Source: a bacterium (GTDB lineage: Bacteria; Patescibacteriota; SICC01). Taken from it: 64,000 nt of DNA. Under the pieces are notes generated by a model. The model did no database searches and was not told the DNA's origin. It was given only the letters and a program-made list of their open reading frames with translations. The stretch lies in the NCBI GenBank assembly GCA_030699935.1, contig JAUYKS010000002.1:81-64080 (forward strand), read 5' to 3'. A program made the position numbers and the translations under genes. Positions 17,316-27,316 of the stretch are shown piece by piece (within the stretch, counting starts at the first letter, position 1; each line of letters begins with the position of its first letter).

Positions 17316-18873
17316 TTTGATATCGCTGAACCGTATTTTGCTCGCGTTAACAGCGGCAACCACGTTGCTTCTAGGAGGCATGATCCTCAAAACGACGACG
17401 GATTGGGGTCCCTCGAAGGACGCCCAACGCTACGAAGTAGTCTCGAGAAATTTGGTTGACGGAAACGGATTGGGACTGGCAGGTATGCCCGAAGTCATAT
17501 TCTCGCCGGGCTATCCGATTATCCTGGCACCGTTCATCGCGGCCGGGCTCAGTCCGGCGGGAGCCACGTCGGCTCTAACCTGGATTTCCTTCGCTGCGTT
17601 CGTGGGAATCGTTTATTACGGCGTTGCCAAGCGCTACGACAAGAGAACAGGTGCGATTTCGGCATTTGCCATAGCGACCTGCGGAGCACTACAGATCGCG
17701 TCGCTGGATGCCGCCGCCGAGGTCATCATGCTGCCTTTCTTGGCAGGCGGCATCGTGGCAATGCATTCCAAGGCGTGGAGACACCAATTGTTTGCCGGGA
17801 TGCTATTTGCCGTCGGGTACCTGGTCAAACCGGAGATGCTAGCCTACGTCGGGCTGGCGATTGCGTTCATGTTCTTAGTGGAAAAGACTGGCCGGAGTTG
17901 GCGTATCTTACTGCGGTTGTTGCTTCCCACGCTCTTTGCGCTGGTCGGCTACGCAGGATTTATCTACGCTGAAACCGGGACGATAGCGATATCCGGGAAA
18001 TCCGCGTTAATCAGGACGGCTCAGTGGGTCGAGAATCCGCAGTACCACTATGACGCCGAAACATACCGCCTCAACTCGGACATGACGATCGGCATAAAAC
18101 CGGGGGAAGCCAACCTCGGCTCGATATACTGGCCGAAACGGATTTGGTACAACCTGATCGCCCTCGACCACCTCCTTCCCGTGGTACTTTTCCCGGTTGG
18201 AATCGTCTTCGCGGCCCTGGTCATCTCGTTAATCAAGCTGCGAAGCCTGCGCCGGGAAGCAATGTTCTTCGCGGCCTTAACGGCACCTCTAGGCATCGGC
18301 GTCTTCTTGTTTTACCAGCAACGATACTTATTGCCGCTGGTTCTAGCAGTGACGTTGCTGCTCGGCTTCGCGGCGGCGGGATTCTTGCGAGAGAAAACAA
18401 AAAGACTCAAGTACTTGGCCGCGCTACCCATCTCTGCGCTGATCTTGCTCAACTTCGCGCCCTGGCTCAAGGGGGGGGTCGATGAACATCTAATCACAGC
18501 CGTGGCGAGCCGGTCATTCGTGGATGAAGTAACGCCGCTCCTTTCGGAGTATCGCACCATCGTATCCAGGACGCCGACGTATAGTTACCTTCTGGGAAAA
18601 GACTACTCACCGATTCCCTATTCGTATAATGTCGGGAACAGCCTGCGGTATTTGCGGGGACTGGATAGGCCGGTGATCGTGTTGGACGAGTGGGCCACGA
18701 AGCCTAATCCGACGACGGACTACTTCAGGAAGAAGTACCACCTTGCGAACACTGCCAAGGTGATTATCGACCCGGTTACCAATCGGATAACCAGAATCGG
18801 CAGGGTGCGTCAAGAAACGGTTCCGACCCCCACCTACCCGAAGCACATCAGGCGGGCGCAAGGAATTCGATAG
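17302..18873 (+). CDS. GT-C fold membrane glycosyltransferase (ArnT/PMT, GT39/GT83-like)
   Basis: 523 aa, >10 TM; N-terminal extracytoplasmic loop with DAQRYEVVSRNLVDGNG (DExRY-like motif of ArnT/PMT enzymes); GTG start as in the track, true start uncertain. Confidence 0.5.
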   Translation: MSKANLISLNRILLALTAATTLLLGGMILKTTTDWGPSKDAQRYEVVSRNLVDGNGLGLAGMPEVIFSPGYPIILAPFIAAGLSPAGATSALTWISFAAFVGIVYYGVAKRYDKRTGAISAFAIATCGALQIASLDAAAEVIMLPFLAGGIVAMHSKAWRHQLFAGMLFAVGYLVKPEMLAYVGLAIAFMFLVEKTGRSWRILLRLLLPTLFALVGYAGFIYAETGTIAISGKSALIRTAQWVENPQYHYDAETYRLNSDMTIGIKPGEANLGSIYWPKRIWYNLIALDHLLPVVLFPVGIVFAALVISLIKLRSLRREAMFFAALTAPLGIGVFLFYQQRYLLPLVLAVTLLLGFAAAGFLREKTKRLKYLAALPISALILLNFAPWLKGGVDEHLITAVASRSFVDEVTPLLSEYRTIVSRTPTYSYLLGKDYSPIPYSYNVGNSLRYLRGLDRPVIVLDEWATKPNPTTDYFRKKYHLANTAKVIIDPVTNRITRIGRVRQETVPTPTYPKHIRRAQGIR

Positions 18874-18880
18874 CCAGTAC

Positions 18881-20470
18881 TTAGGCTCCGGCCTTGCGCG
18901 TTGACCGGGTGCCTTTTTTCGTGCCCTGGAGCAGACGGAAGATACCGTAGAAAGAACTGGCCGAAAGAAGAAGAAAGAGCAAGGCAGTTATCGCCGAAGG
19001 GTTCTTGTATATCGTATGTTTCGGAGGCAATACTTCAGTCATTCGGTTTGTTGGATTTATCCACCACAGGTCGGGGAATGCCGTTCGTGAAAAATTGTAT
19101 GACCCCACGTGGCCGCCGAAAGGAGCATAGTAAACGGTCCTGTCCCCGCGGCCAAGCAGTCTGTGACCTTTGGAATAAAATGCTTCTGCATTGAACAGCA
19201 GTGGAGACACCTCCGGAATCCAGCGCACCGGATCCCAGCCATATGATGGATAGTTACTCACTGTTCCCCTTCGCCCGTCGTAAACTTTCTCCCCCGTGAG
19301 CCCTCCCGATTTCATTGCAATGAAGTATTGATCGTACCGAAAGAGAACCCCTAGGAGCTGAACGAAAATCGCTGCACAGGTAATGAACAGCAGGATCCGC
19401 TTTCGATTAAGCGAGTTTACCCACCAAGCGATGGGAATAATGAAAACCCAAGCGACGGGCACAAGGTATCGCGGACCCCAACCCTCGTCGCCCCACCACC
19501 CAGAGGAAGCCGGGATTGCACCTAAGAGAAATATGGTCAGTAACGAAACGGCGAGTGGTTTTTGTGAACGCCAGAGCCGGGGAAAGCCCAGAGCGCCCAA
19601 TACTACCAAGGGGCTGTACCAGATCAGACCTTTCCCCGGGCTGAACAAGGCACCTAAGAAGTTAAATATGGAAGTCAGGGAGTAGGGAGGGGAGGGGTAC
19701 CCGGTACTCAAAGGGGAGCCTGTACGGTACCAGTTGTACCAAAGGTACATAACGGCAAATGCCACGATCGGTAGGAATAGGCTTGCTATGAGTTTAAGTC
19801 TGGTCCGGTTGTCTGATTTTCTTAAGATAGGCACGAGAAGAGGCAATACTCCAAGAGCAGGCAATAACCCGTATGGCTTAGTTCCTAATGCCAGCCCGAT
19901 CAGCAAGCCGGTTAGTGCCCAAAGACGGTAGTCCTTAGATCGACCCGCTTTCCAAGCGGACAAAAGCGCTCCCAGGACAGCTAACATTAACGTCGGTTCC
20001 ATGCCGATTTTTGAGTATGGCCACGCCAATGAGGCAACGGCAAACAATAAGCTAATCGCAGTAGCCCATCGTACGGATTTGCGGGCCCAAAGCATTAGGA
20101 AAAATATGCAGACCGCAGCTAGCGCGGTCACGAACGGACTATACAACCTGGTAAAAAACACCCGGTATGTTCTTCCGGAATGGGTTAGCTTATCTATTGC
20201 TAAACCTGTTGCGAAAAACGGTACTTGCAAAACGGGCTGAACGAATCCGGTCGCGGCAAAGTATCCTTTGCCCCTATTCCATTTAGGGATGTACCTAAAC
20301 GCGTTGTCCTTTGATATGTAGAACGAGCCGCGTCTGACGGTTGTGTCGGTAACGGAATTGGTCATAATCTCGTATCCGTGGAACTCTGACATCGTAGTAA
20401 CGTACAACCCAAACGTGGCTAAGAAAATCAGTATGGCCATTTTGAAAGGCCGTTTTTGGAGATTAATCAT
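18881..20470 (-). CDS. GT-C fold membrane glycosyltransferase (ArnT-like), second paralog
   Basis: 529 aa polytopic; first loop ..TTMSEFHGYEIMTNSVTD.., pattern of 12+ TM with large loops; lower GC (~45-50%) than the flanking DNA. Confidence 0.45.
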   Translation of the reverse strand: MINLQKRPFKMAILIFLATFGLYVTTMSEFHGYEIMTNSVTDTTVRRGSFYISKDNAFRYIPKWNRGKGYFAATGFVQPVLQVPFFATGLAIDKLTHSGRTYRVFFTRLYSPFVTALAAVCIFFLMLWARKSVRWATAISLLFAVASLAWPYSKIGMEPTLMLAVLGALLSAWKAGRSKDYRLWALTGLLIGLALGTKPYGLLPALGVLPLLVPILRKSDNRTRLKLIASLFLPIVAFAVMYLWYNWYRTGSPLSTGYPSPPYSLTSIFNFLGALFSPGKGLIWYSPLVVLGALGFPRLWRSQKPLAVSLLTIFLLGAIPASSGWWGDEGWGPRYLVPVAWVFIIPIAWWVNSLNRKRILLFITCAAIFVQLLGVLFRYDQYFIAMKSGGLTGEKVYDGRRGTVSNYPSYGWDPVRWIPEVSPLLFNAEAFYSKGHRLLGRGDRTVYYAPFGGHVGSYNFSRTAFPDLWWINPTNRMTEVLPPKHTIYKNPSAITALLFLLLSASSFYGIFRLLQGTKKGTRSTRKAGA

Positions 20471-20477
20471 TTGCTTT

Positions 20478-22046
20478 CTAAATGCCTGCTTCAGCTTGGT
20501 TGATTCGGTCGGTCACGTCAACGAAGTCGTACAGTGATTTGATAGGCTCGTAAATTTGCCGGTCTGGCAGGAGTTTCAAGTCTTGTCCAAACTGATCGTT
20601 GAGCACGACGCGAAAGAAGTTCACGGGAGTGACCCTCGGGTATAGGGAGGAGTAGTCTTCGTTAGGTAGATAGATTGCTGTCAGATTAGAGAACCGCTCT
20701 AACAAAAACTCTTTTTTTTCTGTCCCAACCTTTCCGAAGTGGCCGAGTGAGCCACCGCCGTGGTCCGAGGCCAGTATAATCACCGGTTTTTCCGGTTTAT
20801 CCAATAGTTTGTTGACCACGCTAAGCACTTCCCGGTTGACGTAGCGGGTCTGTTCCGCGAAGCCCCGGGTGTCCTCCCAATCTTTCAGGGAGTGTATTGG
20901 CTTCTTGGTGAGCAGCTTTCCATCGCGATCGAAGTAGTACGGCGGGTGAGGCGCCAAGATGTGGATGAAGGAGAACGTCGGCTGGTCGTAGTCGGCGATT
21001 AACTTAGCGTTTCGGAAGGATGCCTTGATTCCCCGAGCTATTTTCGGGTAGTCGTCCTGGCGGACTAGGAACTGTAAAGCGGAGTTGTCGATCGCTACTT
21101 GGGAAACCATTCCCAGGTGGATTCCGCCAATGTAACCGGCATCCGCGCCGGCCGGCAGCCTAATATCGTTGTCCGCGCTGGAGTCGGTGAGTTCCCAGGA
21201 ACTGTAATTGGCCATGGAATAACCCATGGTCCGGAACGTCTCGAACACCTCGTTGTCGGTCAGCCAGGTATGCGGAAGGGAATAGTCGTGGGACTGTCGA
21301 CCGTACTTTTGGACGATCGTATCGTTGGTGTAATTACCTCGTAGGGTCGATGAAATCGACAGGAAACTGTGCGCGTAATTCGAACGGGACTTATCAGCTA
21401 CGAAGAATCCCTGACTTCTCAGGACGTCCAGAAACGAGGAGTTGTCGAAACCGTAATATCGCTTGAGGATATCGGCACGGTTGTAACCGTCGAGGAGAAT
21501 GTAATATACGTCGGGCTTTTGCTTATCGGGTACCTTCGAAGCGTCGAAACCCGCTATCGGCTTGAATCCGGAATCCCGCTGGGTTGTCGTCTTCGACATC
21601 GCGATGGCGGTAGTTGCGTAGTAGACGGTCATCAGCCCGATCGCCAGGAAGACGACCACGTTCAAGTGGAGCAAGCGCTTTTTCTTAAAACATCCGGTAG
21701 TCCAGATCCAAACCGCCAGGAGAAGCAGCGAGGACAGCAACATGACCAACCGGACGTTGTCGATGCCAGTCTCCGCAAGCCCGTTCTTTATGAGGTTGAA
21801 GTTAAGAAAAAGGAACTCAGCAGGGATGATGACCGCCAGGACTCGATCCCAATCCTTAAGGACGATCCGACCCAGCAACAATCCGATCGTGACACCGGCC
21901 ATGAGCACCGCCACGAACGCGTAGTCGGTCGCCTCCACGGCTATTCCCATGGATTTGTTCGCCGCGTACACGCCGAGGATCACCAACAGAACATATAAAT
22001 AGGGCGCGACGAAGCGAGATTTTTCGACCCATCGTTTCCAGTGCAT
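20478..22046 (-). CDS. sulfatase-family membrane protein (LtaS / phosphoethanolamine- or phosphoglycerol-transferase-like)
   Basis: 522 aa: 5 N-terminal TM, then an alkaline-phosphatase-superfamily domain with DVYYILLDGY, HILAPHPPY and ILASDHGGG (metal/nucleophile motifs). Confidence 0.65.
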   Translation of the reverse strand: MHWKRWVEKSRFVAPYLYVLLVILGVYAANKSMGIAVEATDYAFVAVLMAGVTIGLLLGRIVLKDWDRVLAVIIPAEFLFLNFNLIKNGLAETGIDNVRLVMLLSSLLLLAVWIWTTGCFKKKRLLHLNVVVFLAIGLMTVYYATTAIAMSKTTTQRDSGFKPIAGFDASKVPDKQKPDVYYILLDGYNRADILKRYYGFDNSSFLDVLRSQGFFVADKSRSNYAHSFLSISSTLRGNYTNDTIVQKYGRQSHDYSLPHTWLTDNEVFETFRTMGYSMANYSSWELTDSSADNDIRLPAGADAGYIGGIHLGMVSQVAIDNSALQFLVRQDDYPKIARGIKASFRNAKLIADYDQPTFSFIHILAPHPPYYFDRDGKLLTKKPIHSLKDWEDTRGFAEQTRYVNREVLSVVNKLLDKPEKPVIILASDHGGGSLGHFGKVGTEKKEFLLERFSNLTAIYLPNEDYSSLYPRVTPVNFFRVVLNDQFGQDLKLLPDRQIYEPIKSLYDFVDVTDRINQAEAGI

Positions 22047-22096
22047 GATGCCATTCTAAACGGAGAGACCGCGCCCTGCGTGCTACGATTATTCTC

Positions 22097-22864
22097 GTGA
22101 AAGGCCTGATACTCGCCGGCGGGCGGGCGACGCGGCTGCGTCCGTTGACGTACGTCACCAACAAGCACCTCCTCCCGGTCTACCAGAAACCGATGATTTA
22201 TTACTCGCTGGAGGCGATGCGGCGCGCCGGCGTGCAGGACGTGCTGATCACTACCAACCCGGAGCACGCGGGCGACTTCATCAACCTGCTGCGGAGCGGC
22301 GCGGACTTCGGGCTGCGGCTCTCCTACGAGATCCAGGACGACTCGGTCGGCGGGATCGCCCAGGCGATCGGGTTGGCCGAGTCGTTCACCGGCTCGGACA
22401 AGCTGCTGGTGCTGCTTGGTGACAACATCTTCACGCACGATTTGTCGGGCGCCGTCAAAGTGTTCGAGCGCCGGCCCAAGGGCGCGATGATCTTCGGCAA
22501 GGAAGTCGAGCATCCCGAACACTACGGCGTGATCGAGCTCCGCGACGACGGCCGCGTGAAGTCGATCGTCGAGAAGCCGAAGCGGCCGAAAGGCAACCTG
22601 GCCCAGACCGGCGTTTATCTCTACGACAATCGCGTCTTCGACTTCGCGCGGAAGCTGAAGCCGTCGGATCGCGGCGAGCTGGAGGTGACCGACCTCAACA
22701 ATGTCTACGTGAAGGAAGGGACGATGAAGGTCGAGGTGATGGACGGCTACTGGATCGACGCCGGAACTTCGGCCGACGAGCTGCTGGCGGCCGGCAACCG
22801 CGTGGCCGAGCTCAAGGAATATTTCGCGGGCAGCCAGCCCGGCGGCAAGAAGAGGATCGCATGA
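22097..22864 (+). CDS. sugar-1-phosphate nucleotidyltransferase (RmlA/G1P-thymidylyltransferase-like)
   Basis: MKGLILAGGRATRLRPLT..KHLLPV (G-x-G-T-R-L nucleotide-binding loop); ~255 aa. Confidence 0.75.
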   Translation: MKGLILAGGRATRLRPLTYVTNKHLLPVYQKPMIYYSLEAMRRAGVQDVLITTNPEHAGDFINLLRSGADFGLRLSYEIQDDSVGGIAQAIGLAESFTGSDKLLVLLGDNIFTHDLSGAVKVFERRPKGAMIFGKEVEHPEHYGVIELRDDGRVKSIVEKPKRPKGNLAQTGVYLYDNRVFDFARKLKPSDRGELEVTDLNNVYVKEGTMKVEVMDGYWIDAGTSADELLAAGNRVAELKEYFAGSQPGGKKRIA

Positions 22865-23844
22865 TCTCCGTCGTCATCGTCAACTTCAATACGCGGGACC
22901 TGCTTCGGGCCTGCCTGCGGTCGGTGCGGAAGGCGGAGCCGCGCGCCGAGGTGATCGTCGTCGACAACGGTTCGAAGGACGGCAGCGCCGCGATGGTCCA
23001 GAAGGAGTTCGGGAAGACCGGACGATCCGGAAAGGTCCGGCTCGTGGCCAACAAGCGAAACCGCGGGTTCGCAGCCGCCAACAACCAGGGCTTTGCGAAG
23101 GCCCGCGGCGACGTGATCGTGATGCTGAACAGCGACACGGAAGTTCCGAAAGGTGCGTTGTCCAAGCTGGCGCGGGAGCTCGAGCGGCATCCGGAGGTAG
23201 GCGTCGTTGCCCCGCAGCTGCGGAACGCCGCCGGCGAAGTCCAGCAATCAGCGTCCTGGCGGGCGCCGGGGCTGCTGACGCTCTTCCTCGAGTACACGCT
23301 GTTGAACCGCGTGCTGTACCGGATGCTGCCGGCGGTCCGGTATCCGGGGAAGCAGCTCCTGACCCGCGCCGAACTCGGAAAGCGCCGGGACGTCGGCGAC
23401 CTGCTCGGTGCCTGCATGGTGTTCCGTAAGGAATTGCTCAAGGAAATCGGGACGCTGGACGAGCGGTTCTTCGTCTTCCTCGAGGAAACCGACTTCAACG
23501 CCCGCGTCCGTGACGCCGGATACGGCCTGGTCTACCTGCCGACGGTGCGGGTGCTCCACCACTGGGGCGGCTCGATCGATTCGGACGGCTCCTTGGCGAA
23601 GCGCTTCAGCCTGTTCTACCCGAGCTTGTACCGATTCTTCCGCAAGCGCCACGGAAGTCTCTACGTGGGGATGGCCCGGCTCGCGGCCCTGATATTGCTG
23701 CCGGTATCGTTGATCCTGATTCTGCTATCGCTGATTCCGATTGGGATCGTCAGCCTGCTGACCGGCAAATCGTTTTTCCGCGCGGTGACGAACCAACTGC
23801 CCGTACTTTGGGGCGCCCTCCGCTGGCATTGGGGGATCCGTTGA
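22861..23844 (+). CDS. glycosyltransferase family 2
   Basis: ISVVIVNFNTRDLLRACLRSV...VIVVDNGSKDGS...LNSDTEV (DxD-type) GT-A signature. Confidence 0.7.
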   Translation: MISVVIVNFNTRDLLRACLRSVRKAEPRAEVIVVDNGSKDGSAAMVQKEFGKTGRSGKVRLVANKRNRGFAAANNQGFAKARGDVIVMLNSDTEVPKGALSKLARELERHPEVGVVAPQLRNAAGEVQQSASWRAPGLLTLFLEYTLLNRVLYRMLPAVRYPGKQLLTRAELGKRRDVGDLLGACMVFRKELLKEIGTLDERFFVFLEETDFNARVRDAGYGLVYLPTVRVLHHWGGSIDSDGSLAKRFSLFYPSLYRFFRKRHGSLYVGMARLAALILLPVSLILILLSLIPIGIVSLLTGKSFFRAVTNQLPVLWGALRWHWGIR

Positions 23845-24983
23845 AGATCGCGCTGTATCACAACCTGCCGTCTGGCGGCGCGCTTCGGGTGCTGTCGGAG
23901 TACGTCCGGCTGCGCCGCCAGGAACACGACTTCGAATTGTTCGTACCGGCGTCCGCCAGCGATTTCTTCGGGATCGGTGGGTCGATTCCTACGCACCGGA
24001 TCGGGATGCCGAGCGGGACCGGACTGCTCGCCGACTATAAGAAGCTCCGCTCCGCGCCGCGCTTCGGGCGGGAAGCGGCGAAGCGGATCGACGCCGGCGG
24101 CTTCGACGCGGTCCTGGCGACGGCCAGCTTCCTGACCCAGGCGCCCGAGGTCCTGCCGTACCTGAAGACGCCGTCGCTCTACTTCTGCCCCGAACCGCTC
24201 CGCGGTGTCTACGAGAAGGAACGGGAACCGCTGCCGCTTGCCCCTAAGGCCGCGGCCAAGCGGACGATCCGGGCGGCCTATGACCGGCGCCGGGCTCGCT
24301 TCGACCGTCGCGCGATTCGGGCGGCCGACGCGGTCACGGTGAACTCGAAGTACACGCAGCGGAACGTGCGGAACGTCTACGGCGTGGGCAGCAGCGTGGT
24401 CCGGCACGGGGTCGACGCGAAGGCGTTCCGGCCCGGCCGCAAGGCTAAGCCTCCGTTCGTCCTGTCCGTCGGGGCGCTGCATCCGCTGAAGGGGCACCAG
24501 TTCGTGATCGAGGCGCTCGGGCTGTTGGACCCTGCGATCCGACCGCGGCTGGTCGTCGTCGGCGACCGCGGCGACTACGGTCCGGCACTGAAGAACTTGG
24601 CGCGGCAGCGCGGCGTCCGTCTGACCATTCGGAAAGGCGTCTCGGACACGGAGCTCCGCAAGCTCTACCGCGAAGCGGCCGTGTTCGCCGCCGCGCAGGT
24701 CCGCGAGCCGTTCGGGCTGATCACGCTGGAAGCGATGGCGTCCGGCACGCCGGTAGTGGCGGTCAAGGAAGGCGGCTTGGCGGAGACGGTTCGCGACGGC
24801 AAGAACGGCCTGCAGGTTCCGCGCGATCCGCAGCGGTTCGCCGCCGCGGTGGAGCGGGTGCTCACAGATCCCCGCCTGGCGAAACGGCTGGCCATCGCCG
24901 GGCGCCGCGACGCGGAGAAGCGCTGGCAGTGGGAAGGCGCTGCCGAGGACTTCGACCGGTTGCTCCGAAAGGTCGCGCAATGA
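23808..24983 (+). CDS. glycosyltransferase family 1 (GT4)
   Basis: C-terminal ..REPFGLITLEAMASGTPVVAVKEGGLAETV.. (E-x7-E). True start likely TTG ~23836 to limit overlap with the upstream GT2. Confidence 0.7.
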   Translation: MGRPPLALGDPLKIALYHNLPSGGALRVLSEYVRLRRQEHDFELFVPASASDFFGIGGSIPTHRIGMPSGTGLLADYKKLRSAPRFGREAAKRIDAGGFDAVLATASFLTQAPEVLPYLKTPSLYFCPEPLRGVYEKEREPLPLAPKAAAKRTIRAAYDRRRARFDRRAIRAADAVTVNSKYTQRNVRNVYGVGSSVVRHGVDAKAFRPGRKAKPPFVLSVGALHPLKGHQFVIEALGLLDPAIRPRLVVVGDRGDYGPALKNLARQRGVRLTIRKGVSDTELRKLYREAAVFAAAQVREPFGLITLEAMASGTPVVAVKEGGLAETVRDGKNGLQVPRDPQRFAAAVERVLTDPRLAKRLAIAGRRDAEKRWQWEGAAEDFDRLLRKVAQ

Positions 24984-26146
24984 GCCACACCTTCAACATC
25001 GACACGCGCTGGCTGGAATCGCGGACCGCGACCGGCGGCACCGGCATTTACATCAAGAAGCTGGTCCCGGCGCTGCTCAAGCTCGATACCGTCAACCGAT
25101 ACCACCTCTGGGGATCGCCGGTGAAGATGTCCGGCGTGACCGCGCAGAACGTGCACAGCTTCCCGTTCCAAGGGAACTGGCGCCGCGGCTGGCAGCTGCT
25201 CTGGAAGACGGTCGGCTGGCCGCCGGTCGACCTGCCGGGCCCGCGCTGCGACCTCTGGCACTTCACCAACTACGTCGCGCCGCCGACCCGCAAACCGTTC
25301 GTCGTCACCATCCACGACCTGACCTTCGTGAAATACCGCGAGTACGTCGAGCCGAAGAACCTCGCCTACCTCGAGCGGTTCGTGCCGGACACGCTGCAGC
25401 GGGCGGGGCAGATCATCGCCGTGTCGGAGTCGACCCGCGACGGCATCGTCGACGCATTCAAGATCTCGCGGAACAAGATCACGGTGGTGCCGCACGCCGC
25501 CGACCCGCGGTTCGGCGAGGAGCAGGACCCGGTCGCGACGGGCCGGATCGCCAAGAAGTACGGCATCGACCGCGACTACCTGCTGACCGTCGGCACGCTG
25601 GAGCCGCGCAAGAACCTGAAGACGCTGTTCCTGGCGTTCTCGGCGCTGCGCAAGCACGTCCGCGAGCAGCTGGTGGTCGTCGGCGGGAAGGGCTGGCTGT
25701 TCGAGGAGACGCAGCAGTTGATCCGCAAGCTCGGCCTGGCCGACCGTGTGATCCTGACCGGGTTCGTGCCGGACGCGGAACTGCCGGCGCTCTACGCCGG
25801 CGCCAAGGCGTTCGTGTTCCCGTCGCACTACGAGGGATTCGGGATCCCGCTGCTCGAGGCGATGACGTCGGGGACGCCGGTGGTCACCTCCAATACCTCG
25901 TCGATGCCGGAAGTGGCCGGTTCCGCCGCGCTCTACTTCGATCCGGACGACGACAAGGGGATGCGGCTGGCGATCGAGCGGGTGCTCGGCGACGCCAAGC
26001 TGCGGCAGCGGCTGGTCGGGGCCGGACACGAGCAGGCCGCGCGGTTCAGCTGGGAACGGACCGCCCACCGGACGCTCGGCGCGTACTACAAAGCGCTCGG
26101 GGTCGGGAATGCGCGGGTCGTACAGCCGGAAGTGCCGCCTGCCTGA
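24980..26146 (+). CDS. glycosyltransferase family 1 (GT4)
   Basis: ATG 24980 overlaps the upstream stop (ATGA); ..[31 protein letters not shown].. GT-B donor-binding motif. Confidence 0.7.
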   Translation: MSHTFNIDTRWLESRTATGGTGIYIKKLVPALLKLDTVNRYHLWGSPVKMSGVTAQNVHSFPFQGNWRRGWQLLWKTVGWPPVDLPGPRCDLWHFTNYVAPPTRKPFVVTIHDLTFVKYREYVEPKNLAYLERFVPDTLQRAGQIIAVSESTRDGIVDAFKISRNKITVVPHAADPRFGEEQDPVATGRIAKKYGIDRDYLLTVGTLEPRKNLKTLFLAFSALRKHVREQLVVVGGKGWLFEETQQLIRKLGLADRVILTGFVPDAELPALYAGAKAFVFPSHYEGFGIPLLEAMTSGTPVVTSNTSSMPEVAGSAALYFDPDDDKGMRLAIERVLGDAKLRQRLVGAGHEQAARFSWERTAHRTLGAYYKALGVGNARVVQPEVPPA

Positions 26147-26191
26147 AGCAACGCCCTCCGGAGCGCTGAGAAGTGCCGTAAAATAGTCACT

Positions 26192-27316
26192 ATGGTTATA
26201 GGAGTAGACGTTCGGGAAGCCGCACCGGAGCGCCGGGCCGGCAAAGGGCGCGTGGTCGCCGAGCTCGTGCCGCGGCTGGCGAAGCAGTCGCCCGGCGATA
26301 CGTGGCTCCTTTTCACGGACCGCCGTTTCGACTGGTCCGGAGGGGCTGAAGGCGGAGCCATGGACCTCCCGGACAACTGCCGCTGGCGCGTGGTGCCGGG
26401 CCGCGGGCCGCTTTGGCACCGCCGCGCCGCCGCGGCCGCGAACCGCGCCTGCGACCTCTACTTTTCGCCGCTCAGCTACCTGACGCCGCGATACCTGAAA
26501 ATCCCGACGGTCCTTTTCGTCCACGACCTGTTGGCTTTTTCCCGGCGTTGGGGCGGCAGCCTCCGCGTCCGGCTGATCGAGCGGCTGACGCTCCGCCGTG
26601 CCCTGCGGAAGGCAGCGGCCGTCATTACGAATTCGGAAGCCACGGCCACGGACCTGCGCGAGCGATACCGCCGCCGGGTTCCGGAGATCACCGTCGCGCC
26701 GCTGGCCGCGGACCGCTTCAAGAAAGTCCCGTCTCCCGCCGCGGTCCGGAAGGTCCGCTCGCGACATCGGTTGCCCGCCCGGTATATCCTCGCCGTCGGC
26801 ACCATCGAGCCGCGAAAGAACCACGCCCGGCTGATCGAAGCGTTCGAGTCGATCCCCGCTTCCCGCCGCCGCGACACCGCCTTGGTCATCGCCGGACGAT
26901 GGGGTTGGCGATATCGCCCGGTCAAGAATTCCCTGGCCAGGGCGAAGCGGGCACGGGTTCCGGTGAAGATCATCGAAGGGCCGTCCGACGAGGAACTGGC
27001 GGCGTTTTACAAAGGCGCGACCGTCTTCGCGTATCCGAGCCTGCTGGAAGGTTTCGGCCTGCCGGTGCTGGAAGCGATGCAGCTGGGCATCCCGGTCGTC
27101 ACCTCGGATATCCCGGCGCTGCACGAACTGGCCGGGGATACCGCGGAGTACGCGAACCCGAAGGACGTCGATTCGATTCGCGCCGCCCTGGAGTCATTGC
27201 TCGGCAGCGCGCCGCGCCGCCGCAAGTTGGCCGCGTCCGGCAAACGCCGCGCCGCCGCCTTCGACTGGGACCGCAGCGCGAAGTCGGCGTTGACGGCGCT
27301 TCGCCAGGTATCATGA
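26192..27316 (+). CDS. glycosyltransferase family 1 (GT4)
   Basis: ..LEGFGLPVLEAMQLGIPVVTSDIPALHELAG.. motif; 374 aa. Confidence 0.7.
   Translation: MVIGVDVREAAPERRAGKGRVVAELVPRLAKQSPGDTWLLFTDRRFDWSGGAEGGAMDLPDNCRWRVVPGRGPLWHRRAAAAANRACDLYFSPLSYLTPRYLKIPTVLFVHDLLAFSRRWGGSLRVRLIERLTLRRALRKAAAVITNSEATATDLRERYRRRVPEITVAPLAADRFKKVPSPAAVRKVRSRHRLPARYILAVGTIEPRKNHARLIEAFESIPASRRRDTALVIAGRWGWRYRPVKNSLARAKRARVPVKIIEGPSDEELAAFYKGATVFAYPSLLEGFGLPVLEAMQLGIPVVTSDIPALHELAGDTAEYANPKDVDSIRAALESLLGSAPRRRKLAASGKRRAAAFDWDRSAKSALTALRQVS

Noticed and set aside
26413-27312. The 5' ~300 codons of the 758-aa ORF 26413..28689, the 5' part of 29726..31072, the 5' part of 35490..36497, and the N-terminal extensions of valS (to 56165) and of the TPR protein (to 53302)
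   Set aside because: These segments overlap the preceding well-supported genes in another frame and are low-complexity. The real genes start at internal ATG/GTG/TTG codons at or near the upstream stop.
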